64,000 bases of DNA, taken from positions 166,284,001 to 166,348,000 of the forward strand of contig NC_042998.1 of NCBI RefSeq assembly GCF_006345805.1, written 5' to 3'. How positions within the stretch are numbered: the first letter of the stretch is position 1; each line of letters starts with the position of its first letter. This DNA comes from Octopus sinensis. Its lineage: Eukaryota. This document shows positions 1-12,300 of the stretch, in pieces. A model generated the notes under the pieces. That model saw nothing but the letters and a program-made list of their open reading frames with translations. It ran no database searches and was not told where the DNA came from. Position numbers and translations under genes: made by a program.

Positions 1-99
1 CGTCTGTTGAAACGTAAATATGAATAACGCATATTTGTTAGAAAACAAAACATTGAAAGTGGGGAGGGGGGATTTCTTTCTCCCTCTATTGATTATCAC

Positions 100-345
100 A
101 TGACTGTATTTCTTGGCAGACAGACCCTGAAACAATAGCCGGTATTATTCACACCTATTATGCCTCTCCCTTTCTCCTCCCACCAATTTGTACCCAGAGT
201 ATCGTGGTCAATGCATAATTTTGTGTACATCTGGGAAGATAAGAACATAGATTACTGTGTCCCTAATCCTGTCAGGGTGAACATAATCGGCATAATCGGT
301 CGGGTAAGGAAGGTCTTTTGTCGTATAAGTTTTCCCAATTCCTAA
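100..345 (-). pseudogene. Degenerate GIY-YIG endonuclease-like fragment, probably PLE-derived
   Basis: Minus strand, read across frameshifts, gives DRLCRLCS then VIYVLI.PRCTQNY. This resembles the CxxC plus VIYxxxCxxCxxxYIG start of PLE endonucleases. No intact ORF. Confidence 0.3.
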
Positions 346-820
346 ATTCAATCATTTATTGCGCTTACCTTTCTTTCTTTTCTTTTTTTCTTTCTTTGTC
401 TTTCTTCTCTTCTTGCTCCTTCCCACTCCTGTAACCGCATTATACAGGATGCGTGTGTTACACAGTACATAAAGAATAAGTTATTTCGTAGATTTCAATA
501 CAGTGAAAAGATTTCAAGTACAGTAAAGAAATGCACGCATTTTTATCTACGTGCATAACAGAAAAAAGAAAAGAAAAGTAGAATATAAAGAAGATTAGAG
601 AGAAAAGAGAGAGAAAATAAAGATTAGTGAGAGGTGGGAATGATTGAAAGAGAGAAAAATAGTTTGTAGGGAGAAGGTAAAAGCAAGTACATGTAATGTA
701 GAAATTATATAAGAACTATGGATTCGTAAAATAATATAGAAAAAAGAGTGAGAGAACATATATATACATACATAGATACATAGATACATACATACATACA
801 TACATACATACATACATAAC

Positions 821-867
<47 letters not shown>

Positions 868-871
<4 letters not shown>

Positions 872-1068
872 GGAGTAAACACATAAATGTGAAACAGGTG
901 GAAAAAAGAGTACTCAAATACCAGAGGTAGAGCAATATGCTTTATCTAAAAGCAGCTGAATTCATCAAAACCTGTTACTCGGAGTTTCACGAACAAAACT
1001 GTCCGACGAACGGGAACGTGAAACTCCGAGTAACATATTTTGTTGAATTTCTGCTGCTTTTAAATAAA

Positions 1069-1070
<2 letters not shown>
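868..1070. mobile_element. (TA)n-embedded foldback element with hammerhead-like motif, family A
   Basis: Imperfect inverted arms at 940-991 and 1017-1069, an unpaired tail at 868-939 and (TA)n on both sides. A related copy lies at 29499-29609. Confidence 0.8.
999..1035 (+). ncRNA. Minimal type I hammerhead-like motif (CCGACGA core)
   Basis: ctgt-CCGACGA-acg(ggaa)cgt-GAAA-ctc(c)gag-UA/aca. All three stems can pair. Confidence 0.65.
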
Positions 1071-1106
<36 letters not shown>

Positions 1107-1266
1107 CACATTCGTAGTTTGTTCAATTTGAAATACAAAATAGTACAAATGAATATTCAAGCTGGTAATATATAAAACTTAGGCTCCAACAAAATCTATA
1201 CAATTAGAAATGTATCCATTTGAAATTTGTCCCAATTTAGCTGTTACACCATGTGTGTGTGTGTGT

Positions 1267-2024
1267 ACTAGAATTGAAAAAATGCGCACGCTCAGAAGGG
1301 TTATAGAATGTCATAATAAACCTTAAAAAGTATGGGACTAGCATTGTTGCTAAAAAATATTGGAATCCCTATATTTTGTACATTCTGTGGTATCTTAAAA
1401 CGAAAAAAGACTCATGTCACGATAATTATTAAACCGAGTTCTTAATATAAAAATTTGAAAATGTGCAAAATATGATCTTTAACTTCGAATAAGTAAATTC
1501 ATTATAATGCTCTTCATAACAACGTATATAAAAAACATACTGCACTCTGCATGCAAATTGCCATGATAATAAAACAAAACTGGATTTATGATGCAATTGA
1601 ATCTATATAATAGCGAAAGTACGAAACCGAAATAATTATAAACAAAAATAATTCGCATTGTGATACACATATTAATGGAACAGTTATGCGAATTAAACAG
1701 ATTATTACTAAACTATTTTTGATTGATACTTGTAAATTTATAAAAATTATCATTCATAGATAGAATTATTGCATAAAGATGACATTAGTATTTTGTACAC
1801 AATTATTTTGTTAAATTTGAGTATACGATAATTTAACTTCGTAAATTTTTAATACAACTTAATTTCGATGAACTAATCAAATTTCTTGTGATAAAAGGAT
1901 GCCACAGAATGTACAACATATAGTAATTCTTATGTTTTTGAGCAACAATGCTCGTCCTATACTTTCTAAGGTTTATTATGACGTTCTGTAATCCTTTTGA
2001 GTGTGTGCATTTTTCAATTCTAGT
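1267..2024. mobile_element. MITE-like element with ~140-bp terminal inverted repeats
   Basis: 1267-1405 (actagaattgaaaaaatgcgcacgctcag...) is the reverse complement of ~1895-2024 (...gtgtgtgcatttttcaattctagt) with scattered mismatches. The interior is AT-rich and non-coding. Confidence 0.75.
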
Positions 2025-2899
2025 TTCGTACTTTTTAAGGCAACGCTTGTAATATTTTATATATGTACCGTATTTCTCCTAATGATGTGGCATCCTCAAA
2101 TTAACTGACACCCAAACGGCGACCAATTAAAAAAGTGTGACTCACACAATATTAAAAAATCTACGATAAAATCGATAATAATTGTCGTATTTGTTTATTA
2201 TTATACGGAGAGATACTGAACAGTAGCTAGTATATTATATCTGTACTATAAAGAAATGTATTTTAAAAAAATATTAATAATATTAATTTTTAGAAAATTA
2301 TTTGCAAAATCTAAACGACATACCATGCAACGAAGAGAAGGCGCAAATGAGTAAGACAAAATTCTGGAAAACAGCTGCATGCCAAACTATCGTTTATTGG
2401 TTGATTGAATTGAAAATTAACCAATAAAATGCGATCACCACGCGAACGGCCACGGATCCCTTACACTTTTATTCGCAACCTAGGAATATATTGTCAGACA
2501 CACTGCAGACTCGACTATAACATTCTATTGTCGGTTACTGCGTGATAGGGAGAATAATATGTATACATATAGTTTTCAAATTCTGGCGTAAGGCTAACAA
2601 TTCTGGAGAGGAGGTTAAGTCGATTACATCGACCTCAGTGTTCATCTGGTACTTATTTCATCGACCCCAAAAGGATGAAAAACAAAATCAACCGCGGCAG
2701 AATTTGAGTTCCCTTTTAGATTAAACTAAGTTGAGGCAGATATGAAAGTTTGGAATTTACATTAAAAAGTAAAGATGTACAGAGTATGCATATTTAATTC
2801 ATGTTTGTCTATACAATATACATTTCTTAAAGTTTCTGGTCGTTGGTAAACATATACCGCACTATTTCATCCTTCTTTGAATCGTCAGCACATCATAAC

Positions 2900-3300
2900 T
2901 CGAGACACATAAATTAAATTAAAATGAAGGGTTTTATTGGAACCAGACTAAGGCGCTGGCTGCTATCGGTTGGCTCCAAACATCAGCAGGCAATGGTCAT
3001 CTTGAAAGGGATCCAGGTAACAACTGAGAAGGCCAACCATTGCATATGGTTGAAAAAGTGTGATGAAACGTGGCTGGAGAGGGTGCTGGAGATCCCAAAA
3101 CGAACTTAAAATCGGAACACTCGTCAGTTGAAAAGATAGTGAAGCTTCACATTCGGCTTTTATGGTGGGGTGGCACTGAAAAGCTGTCGAAAAGAAGTGC
3201 CCAAAACGGCACGCATTCTCTCCCTGAAACCTATTAACATCATTATCCGGAGTTTTCAAATGACTGCACTTGCACAAACAAGCTCTTTCCAAATCTCAAT
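2900..3300 (-). pseudogene. Possible degenerate Ty3/Gypsy pol fragment (RT thumb/connection)
   Basis: ORF 2963-3292 contains VNRFQG..RFGHFFSTA and AECEAS...LTSVPIL, similar to the Gypsy motifs VRRFLG..RFIPNFSTIA and ECQxAF..LTSxPIL. Confidence 0.35.
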
Positions 3301-3987
3301 GGATAAATGATTATTTGATAGAACAATGCAGATGTATATATAGATACAAAGATAAATAGAGTCAGAGAAAGCACAGACATATATATTATTCGCATGTTGT
3401 TCAACTCTAACTCAAATTTGATCGGACTCACGTATGATCAAAGATATTCCATCCACGATCTTCCCCACCTTGTTTTAAAATATGTTTATTCAAGTCCCCA
3501 TTATCCAATGTGTCCATAATTTATCATGGCAGTAGGGTCTAATTTGAGGATGATTTCGTTGCTATATGTAGCAGATCGATCGATTATATAGAAGTTAGAA
3601 GTATACATAAAGATATACAGAGTTAGAAAATGACAGCCTTAAGCTGGTGGAGATGGACAACTATATATATACTGTATAATCTAATTAATATTGTGATCTA
3701 ATTTGTTTTTTGTAAAACGATGTATGCATATGTGCACATGTATGCTTAGAACTCATTAATATAACGGTAAACTTTTTATTTCCATGCAATAACGCACACA
3801 TGCATTAAATAACAAATCATGATGATTTGATATTTTTCCTGAAAGGCTTTCGCACATAAACACAAATTCAAATTAGTTTAACCAATGAGCATAGATATTT
3901 ATAACGACCGTATGTTAATTTTTTTATAATCATGTATGTATATGTGTGTGTGTATTTGTATATGTTTGTGGGTATAACATTATATAT

Positions 3988-4050
<63 letters not shown>

Positions 4051-6592
4051 CGTTTAAATATTTGTTGTGCAAGATTTTTTATGTGAAGTCGTGTGTTGAA
4101 AAGATATTGTTATATTTCGGAATGGTCATATTGCCAGTTTAGCCAATAAAAAACACACAGCACTATATATTTGGTGTTATTTTGCTTCAGTGATATTTAT
4201 TTTTTACATTAATCTTAATCTTATTTCGGCCAAAGTTCTTTCGTCACACTCCTGTGACCGCATCAGTGGTCCTTGTTTTCTTCTCACTTATTTGTGTCTC
4301 TCTCTTACTAACCGTCAGCCATTTTGTATTTCTATTGTATGTCTTCATTTGCGCATGCTTATATCTCTATGTGCGTCTATGTTTATTTAGTCTGTGTGTT
4401 GTGGGGGGGATGCCTGTAATATTTGTATCTTCTGTTTATATACATTCTTGTATTTGTATTTTGTTTTTGTTGTTGTTGCTTTTGTTCTAATTTTGTTAAT
4501 GTTTACATCCACCCATTATTATCATTACATATGCTTGTATGTATGTATAACAACAATATTAGTAATAATAATAATAAATCTAATCGAAAAAAAAAAATAA
4601 AAAAAAAAAATAATTATATATATATAATTATACATACATATACATATACATACATATATATATATCATACACACACATATACACCCAACAAACATAATAC
4701 ACATATATATACATATACACACATACATACATATATACCTATATACATATAATAGTTATTCATTTCTATTTCTTTAATTATCTGTGTATTTATTATGTTT
4801 GCAGGATCCATTATCGTCATATGTTGTGGTGTGTGCTATTGCTCCATTCTAGTTTTCTATTCAGGCTAGGTTTATTTCTATTATAGTGTAGCTTCTGTAA
4901 TTTGTCTAATTGTTGCATCTGTTCTATGTGTGGACAATATCTTAATCTCTATGTTATTGATTGATCCCCCGTTGTTCCTGTTCGGCGTGTTGGTACAGAA
5001 TCGATGAGCTCTTACCTTCCTTGAGTTGTCCTCCAATGTTTCATTCACCCGCTCTCCAATGCTTCTCGCTGTTTCCCTACGTATGTTACTGTCTTGTTAC
5101 TGCATCGTCCCTCCATACATCTTATATATAGACCACATTTCTGGCTTTACAGTTTGTTTGTGGGCTAAATCTACATACAGTGCAATAGTTATCCGTACAG
5201 AGGGTTCTCTACTAAAAGGATAGGTTCTACCAATTATAGATCTGATAGGTTGCCTGGCTTTTCAACAACCTTAATTCTTAGTTTAAGTTTATCTAGGGTC
5301 CTTCTAAAGCGGTACGCCAGTTCACCTCCAGGGGTGGTGTCAACGAACATGACACTCTTGTATTTTGGCTATCATACCAAGAGTTGGCCTTCCCTATTTT
5401 CTTTTTGTCTTTCTATAGTGTTCCATGACTTGTTCCTATAGAGTGGGCAAATCCCATTCCTATCATTACATAATATATTATCAAATTTCTTCATGGCTCC
5501 TTTGTATACTCTGATCCTTTCTTTATGGCTGTAACCTGAGAACTGCATGCGGTGAATGAAATACTGTATGTGTCTCTTTAATTCTGTAGGCTCGCACATC
5601 GTGACCATTTCTCATTATTCTGACGAGGTCTGCCATCAAAATATTGAATTTGGCATTGCCCGCAATGGCTGAGTTCCGGTGGATCAGGTATTTTGAGGCC
5701 ATAGGTTTTGCATAGTATGAATGAAGGATTTGGGTTTTATTTTTCAGAATTTCTAGCCAGAGTTCAGTGTCTAGTACTGGTAGTCTATGGTTGGGTGTTT
5801 AGTGGGGTAGTCTATTGTGACCTTAATACTCTGGTGGATGGAGTTAGCTATTTGCTGGATGCTCTCCATAGTTATTAGTTCTATTACTATATCAACATTA
5901 CTCTCTGTGGGGGTGCCTTTACTACTATGTTGATATCATCAACATAGCGAGAGTACATGTTTACGAGTATGGATTTCTGCAGTAGGCATTCCTTAAGCCT
6001 TCTGTCCCACCATACCATGAAGAGGTTGGCCACATCACCAGCGATACTAACACCGATGACTGCCCCCTCGTCCTGGGCATATATTTTATTATTAAATTTA
6101 AATGTGTGGCCTTTTTTTTTTTTTTCGATTAGATTTATTATTATTATTACTAATATTGTTGTTATACATACATACAAGCATATGTAATGATAATAATGGG
6201 TGGATGTAAACATGAACAAAATTAGAACAAAAGCAACAACACAAAAACAAAATACAAATTACAAGAATGTATATAAACAGAAGATACAAATATCTACAGT
6301 TATCCCCCCCACACACACTAAAATAACATAGACGCACATATAGTATAAGCATGCGCAAATGAAGACATACAATAGAAACAAAATGGCTGACGGTTAGTAA
6401 TGAGAGACACAAATAAGTGAGAGAAAACAAAGGACCACTGATGCGGTCAGGAGTGTGACGAAAGAACTTTGGCCGAAATAAGATTAAGATTAATGTAAAA
6501 AATAAATATCACTGAAGCAAAATAACACCAATATATAGTGCGTGTGTTTTTATTGGCTAAACTGGCAATATGACCATTCCGAAATATAACAA
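4051..6592 (-). mobile_element. 5'-truncated Penelope-like retroelement with inverted pseudo-LTRs and 3' tail
   Basis: RT motifs GAVIGVSIAGDVANLFM and RYVDD (YVDD at 5935-5946). Thumb region ...PLYRNKSWN. Frameshifted GIY-YIG (YVG.TARSIGERVNEHW, ~5020-5140) and RQITEA...PSLNRKLEW. Inverted ~490-bp arms at 4107-4598 and 6112-6592, tail at 4051-4106, (TA)n flanks. Confidence 0.9.
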
Positions 6593-6605
6593 ATATATAT
6601 ATTAT

Positions 6606-6645
<40 letters not shown>

Positions 6646-6649
6646 TATA

Positions 6650-7136
6650 TATATATAAAACTGCGAGTTGTGTGAGTGTCTGTCCCCTTCGATTTAGATT
6701 CCTAACTACTCCCACTTTTGCGGTGCAGTTTAACCAAATTCGGGTATCTTATAGTCGTGATTCATATCGACCCGTCTGAGTCTACGATTTTAAAATAATT
6801 TAACATCATTTTTTAATTCCATTTTATGCAAATTTTTGTGTGTCGATGGCGGCGGAGTTGGCGTCCATGGTCACACCACCTGCACCTGTTTGCTTCTCCT
6901 TTTTCTTCCCTCCCTCTCGTGAGCTGTGGGGAAGTGGAGTGTAGGAAATCAACGTCGTAAAGCGTTGTCAAGGAGACCAGCGTTCTTTTAGAACAACGAC
7001 TTCATGGCTTGAAGACACCCAAAACAGAAATGGCTAAGAAAGCCCGAATTGGCATCTATAAGGGAAGTAACTCTCTAAAAATGCTTATATAGTTATTTCC
7101 CTTACAAACCCGAGCAACGCCGGGCGATACTGTTAG
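6650..7136 (+). mobile_element. Non-autonomous Helitron
   Basis: Starts TATATAAAACT out of the TA tract. Subterminal hairpin cccgagcaacgccggg at 7109-7124 is followed by ctgTTAG|T (degenerate CTAG). Confidence 0.7.
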
Positions 7137-7149
7137 TATATATATATAT

Positions 7150-7445
7150 TTCACTTTTTCAATATCAGTGTCAATCGATACTGGAAAAGTATATGTATTG
7201 TGAAGGGAACCAACTTCTCGTCGACAACTATAATTGTCACAACGATGACGGGTCAATACCCGAAACTCGAGTCCGTGTGTATCATAAGTTGAAGACGGGA
7301 GGATGGCTTCCTTTGCAAATACTGATAGGGCACAGAAAGTGTGTCTATAGCCAGCTGGAGGAGGTGTCATCCTGGGGCGGCTACAAACTACAGTAGCATT
7401 CACCCTTAGGGGTTAGCCATATTCAAATGGCAAATATACGTCACT
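7150..7445 (+). mobile_element. Hammerhead-bearing structured-RNA element, family R (diverged copy)
   Basis: gggt(caat)accc-GAAA-ctcgag-UC at ~7250-7273. The flanking sequence aligns by eye with 30490-30962 and 10627-10800 (minus strand). Flanked by (TA)n. Confidence 0.65.
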
Positions 7446-7754
7446 ATATATATATTATTCTATTTTCATTTTTATTTTATTCTTTATTATATTTAAGTTA
7501 ATCCATTAAGTCTCTCTCACACACACACTATGTAATAAAACAATTTCATATATTTAGTCTGTTGGAAAGAACATATTGTTCACCATGTAATTCTTTAAAT
7601 GTCTAATATTTCCATGATGATATTTTGCTCACAACTTAAAAATGCAAATTTATCGAAACAATTGTAGGAATGATTATCAATAATTTAATAAATTAATTAT
7701 AAACCATTAACTCCCTATTTTCTTCTCTTAATTGAATATATATTTTTCTTCGCG

Positions 7755-8040
7755 CGCGTGCGAGCGTGGAGGTCATGTGTTCAATTCCTGCGCGCGGTAT
7801 GTGTCCTGGAGAAGTACTTTATTCACGTTGCTCCAGTCACTCAGCTGCAAAAAATAAGTATACCTGTATTTCAAAGAGCTACACTTGTCACACTCTGTGT
7901 GGCGCTGAATTTCCTGTGAAGCGAAAAAGGGATATGTATCTGTGGAGTGCTCAGCCACTTGCGTGTTAATTTCGCGAGACGGCTTTTCCTCTGATAGGAT
8001 CAAGTGGAACCCTCGTCATCGTAACTTATGGAGAGCCAGT
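7755..8040 (+). mobile_element. tRNA-derived SINE, degenerate (same family as 13598-13925)
   Basis: B-box-like gttcaattcc, then gtgtcctggagaagtactttattcacgttgctccagtcactcagctg shared with the 13.6 kb copy. Confidence 0.75.
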
Positions 8041-8317
8041 TAAAAAAAATATATGTCGTGTGTGTGTGTGTGTGTGTGCGTGTGTGTGTGTGTGCGTGTG
8101 TGTGTGTGTGTGAATCTTTGTGTTTTTCCCCAACATCACTTGACAATCAATGGCGGTGTTTTACGTCCCTGTAACATAGCGGTTCGGCTAAAGAAACGAT
8201 AGAATAAGTACTAATACTTGAAATAAAAACAAAAAAAAGGCACTGGGGTTGATTCATTCGCCTAAAATTCTTCAAAGCGGTGCCCCAGCAACCCCAGTAA
8301 AAGATAAACAGATATAT

Positions 8318-8358
<41 letters not shown>

Positions 8359-8359
8359 C

Positions 8360-9000
8360 ACCATTAAAGGCTACAAACCTCATTCAGGGATAACAAAATC
8401 CTATGAACCTATACAAAGTGTATTGAACATTCTATTTAATACTCCGCTGCAAGGTAACTATATAAACCGTGGTTTATATTTTATTTATTTATTATAATAA
8501 TAAAATGAGAGAATAGAAAGGTAATTAATAAATTATTGTTTATTAGGTAAGAAATTGAAAAACATCCCTTACAGCTGTTTCAATTCAGGCTCTCAGAAAA
8601 TTAATTAATTAAATTAATAATCATTTGGGAGTCGAATCTCTTCAGAGGTAGATAAAGGTAGAAACCGGTCGACGTGAGTCCAAATACTTGAATGTATGCT
8701 GAGAAATTGTTTTGGCCCGTTTGCCTTCGGACGGTTGATTTCTGTAGTTATTATCAGTGTATTTTGGCGATTTAAAAAGGAGTTTTGACTATTATTCCGA
8801 GGAGGTAGACATATTTAGTATGGACTTTGATTAATTTTAATCCTTTAGCTATTTAATGCATTTTTGGGGCCTACAATCGCCTATATTATTGATTCTGTTA
8901 TTATAATTTTAAAATTGTTACACTAGATAATAACAGTCAATGATATTTTCGAAAATTATTTTTTCGTGAATTATTTGATTATTTGCTCCGTATTGAAATT
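8360..9000. mobile_element. (TA)n-flanked PLE pseudo-LTR-like insert
   Basis: Bounded by TA tracts. Contains a hammerhead-like motif on minus (8566-8649) and a half motif GAAA-ccgg-UC on plus (8661-8670). Confidence 0.55.
8566..8649 (-). ncRNA. Type I hammerhead-like motif with AT-rich insertion in stem II
   Basis: acct-CUGAAGA-gattc...gaatt-GAAA-cagctg-UA/aggg. Canonical core and palindromic stem III (acagctgt). Confidence 0.7.
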
Positions 9001-9073
9001 ATATATATATAATGGCGGTGCCCCAGCATGGCCACAGCTCATGAGCTGAAACTAGAATCAATCATATATATAT

Positions 9074-9550
9074 GTGACTATTGGGATCGACTCAAGTAGC
9101 TCAGGCTTTACTCCCCCCAACGCCGTCATGAGCGCTATATCATCTGTATGATGCGAAAATTATTCTATCAACATTGCCCAAATGATACAGGTATCATCTT
9201 TAAAATTCAACCGAGGCTTGGGCCCCGTGTCATCCGTCCACTACAGAAATCATGTTCGTGTTGTATCACAACACTACGACAGAACTATTTCACCTCAACT
9301 GGTCCTGCTCTCTTGAACATTGTGCCAGCCCACATAAAGAAGGAAAGTGATTTCACGGGATTCAAACGGGCCCTAGATGATTACCTCCAACAAATACCAG
9401 ACACACCACCTACACCCGGATATGTCTCTGGAAACAATAACTCTCTGCTCGAATTGGCTATGGGTCCCAAGAATTGACTGTATCTCTTCCAGGTAGTGCT
9501 ATTAAATTAGACAAGGCCTGGGCCAACTTCGGCGGAAACTTATCTAAGTA
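9074..9550 (+). mobile_element. CR1-like LINE 3' end
   Basis: YWDRLK.LRLYSPQRRHERYIICM...NYFTSTGPALLN...FKRALDDYL. The 3' UTR matches 28330-28420 on the minus strand. Confidence 0.8.
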
Positions 9551-10077
9551 AACTTTTGTATTGAAAATATACTTATGGATATGTATATGGATATGTATGC
9601 GTGTGTGTATGTGTGTGTATGCATATGGATATGTATGTGTGTGTGTATGTGTGTGTATGTATATGGCTACATATATGTATATGAGTATATGTATATGTCT
9701 ATGTGTGTGTGTGTATATAATATATATATATATATATAATATATATATATTTGAATATAGTGCTTATTTCTTTTGATTTGAAAATATACATAAGGATATG
9801 TATATGGATATATATTTGTGTGTATGCGTGTGTGTGTGTGTGTGTGTGTGTGTTGGATATATATATATGTGTGTGTGTATATGCATATGTCTACGTGTGC
9901 GTGTATATATATATATATATATAAATATATATATATATGAATATAGCGCTTATTTCTTTTGTATTGAAAATATACATATGGATATATCTACATATGTGTA
10001 TGTGTATGGACTGCATATTAATTAGAATATTAGATAGAAAACTCGTGTGTGCATGTGTGTGTTTGTGTGTGTGTGTT

Positions 10078-10146
<69 letters not shown>

Positions 10147-10526
10147 GTGTTTTGCAGGTTTTAAGTGCTTGGGAAATGATTAAAAAACAAAAGAAAAGAG
10201 AAAGGAAAGAAAAACTGACAGCAAAAAGCATGAAAACTAAGAAACCAATAAGGACACGCACACACACACACACACCGCACGCACACACACACAGATATAG
10301 CCTCACATACACAGATATAGATTCACGCACATACACACACACAAATGTATACAAACAGGGTTTATTGGTGCTGATGACTTATGAGTGCATGGTCCCTTGG
10401 CAGCGGTTGCACTTATTGACTGCTGGCTAATTTGAGTGCAATGAGCTCTCCCTTCTGAGTCTTTACTCTTAGTGTCACGATATACAATTTAACAACATTA
10501 AGAAATGATGCTTCACATTCTCTTTC

Positions 10527-10626
10527 NNNNNNNNNNNNNNNNNNNNNNNNNNNNNNNNNNNNNNNNNNNNNNNNNNNNNNNNNNNNNNNNNNNNNNNNNN
10601 NNNNNNNNNNNNNNNNNNNNNNNNNN
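10527..10626. other. Assembly gap (100 N)
   Basis: Run of N characters. Confidence 1.
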
Positions 10627-10800
10627 ATGTGGCTAGGGACAGGGAATGGCGGTGGGGGTGTTACTGATGCATTTAGCCCCAGGCGATCATCAACGTCACC
10701 AGGAGGGCTGACGCCATCACAGCGTCCTCTAGCCTGCAAAGGGAGATCATTCCCCGAAGAAGCGGATGCCACATACGGACCTAGGTTTCAAGGTGTTTGC
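10627..10800 (-). mobile_element. Hammerhead-bearing structured-RNA element, family R (partial, cut by the gap)
   Basis: Clearly homologous to 30515-30690. Minus strand reads GAAA-cctagg-UC/cgtatg. The 5' part is replaced by (TA)n. Confidence 0.8.
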
Positions 10801-10804
10801 CTAT

Positions 10805-10846
<42 letters not shown>

Positions 10847-11088
10847 GGCGGTGCCCCAGCATGGCCACAGCTCATGAGCTGAAACTAGAATCAATCAATC
10901 AATCATATATATATAGGTTATAAGAGGTAATGGTGTCATTGAGACCCAAAGGTGTCAGGTAATGCTGAATAAGTGCTAATAGATGAACCGTAGTTAAGTT
11001 CCAGGTTTGGTGATTATGCGAATAAGGGGTTCAATGTTGGTCATATGTCAGCGTTTGTATGTAAGAATTTTTTATCTCTTTACGCAAT

Positions 11089-11157
<69 letters not shown>

Positions 11158-11381
11158 CATACATACATATATATACATATATACATACAGACATATATAT
11201 TCATATATATATGCATGTATGCATGTGTATAGCTAGGAATATATATATATGTATATATGTATATATATATATATATATTTATGTATGCATGTATGTATGT
11301 ATGCATGTATGTATATGTGTATGTATGTATGTATGTATGTATGTATGTATGTATGCATGTATGTATGTATGTATGCATGTG

Positions 11382-11417
<36 letters not shown>

Positions 11418-11465
11418 TGTATGTATGTATGTATGTATGCATGTATGTATGTATGTATGCATGTG

Positions 11466-11501
<36 letters not shown>

Positions 11502-11995
11502 TGTATATGACTGTACTTCTCCGCAATATCACAGAAAACAAAAAAGAAGAAAAATGAATATGTAAATAAGTCATGACAGAGGAAGTTAGGCACAGCTAAA
11601 ACCTGAGAGCGAACATGGCATTTTATTTAGCATGTGAGTTTTCTGTCATTTTCGCAACATTCTATTCAAAAATATGTTGAAGCAGCAATTTTTTAAAAAA
11701 TTTGTTTTAATTTAAAATAATGCTGACACCGTAGTTAGTGCGATTACGTCATTGTGTTTTCTCTCCACATACGATGCAGCCCGCCCTTAACACGTTTGCC
11801 TCCCACCGTTCCTCGCTACCTTACTTACCCTTCCCCGCTGGTTCAATAAGTGTAATTAGTCACTCGTGTTCTGTATCCATATTAACAGCATGTATCGCTG
11901 CACCTGCAGATGTTATTTAGCTGTAAAGTCAACACTTGCAACGACAACTTGTGCTTGCAGTACATATATATATGTATATATAATGTATATATGTA

Positions 11996-12071
<76 letters not shown>

Positions 12072-12170
12072 TATATACATATATATATTATATATAGATA
12101 TATATATATATATAACATTATATTTATATTATGTATATATATATATTATGTATATATATAATATATATAC

Positions 12171-12215
<45 letters not shown>

Positions 12216-12268
12216 TATATATATTATACATATATATACATATATATATATATATGCGTATGCATGTG

Positions 12269-12300
<32 letters not shown>

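Noticed and set aside
160-345. Plus-strand 61-aa ORF or exon (cag at 118, gtaagg at 304)
   Set aside because: All frames from the acceptor hit stops. The opposite strand better fits a decayed GIY-YIG remnant.
2065-2222. Small Tc2-like MITE (taccgtatttctcc...)
   Set aside because: The right-hand TIR match is too degenerate to support a call.
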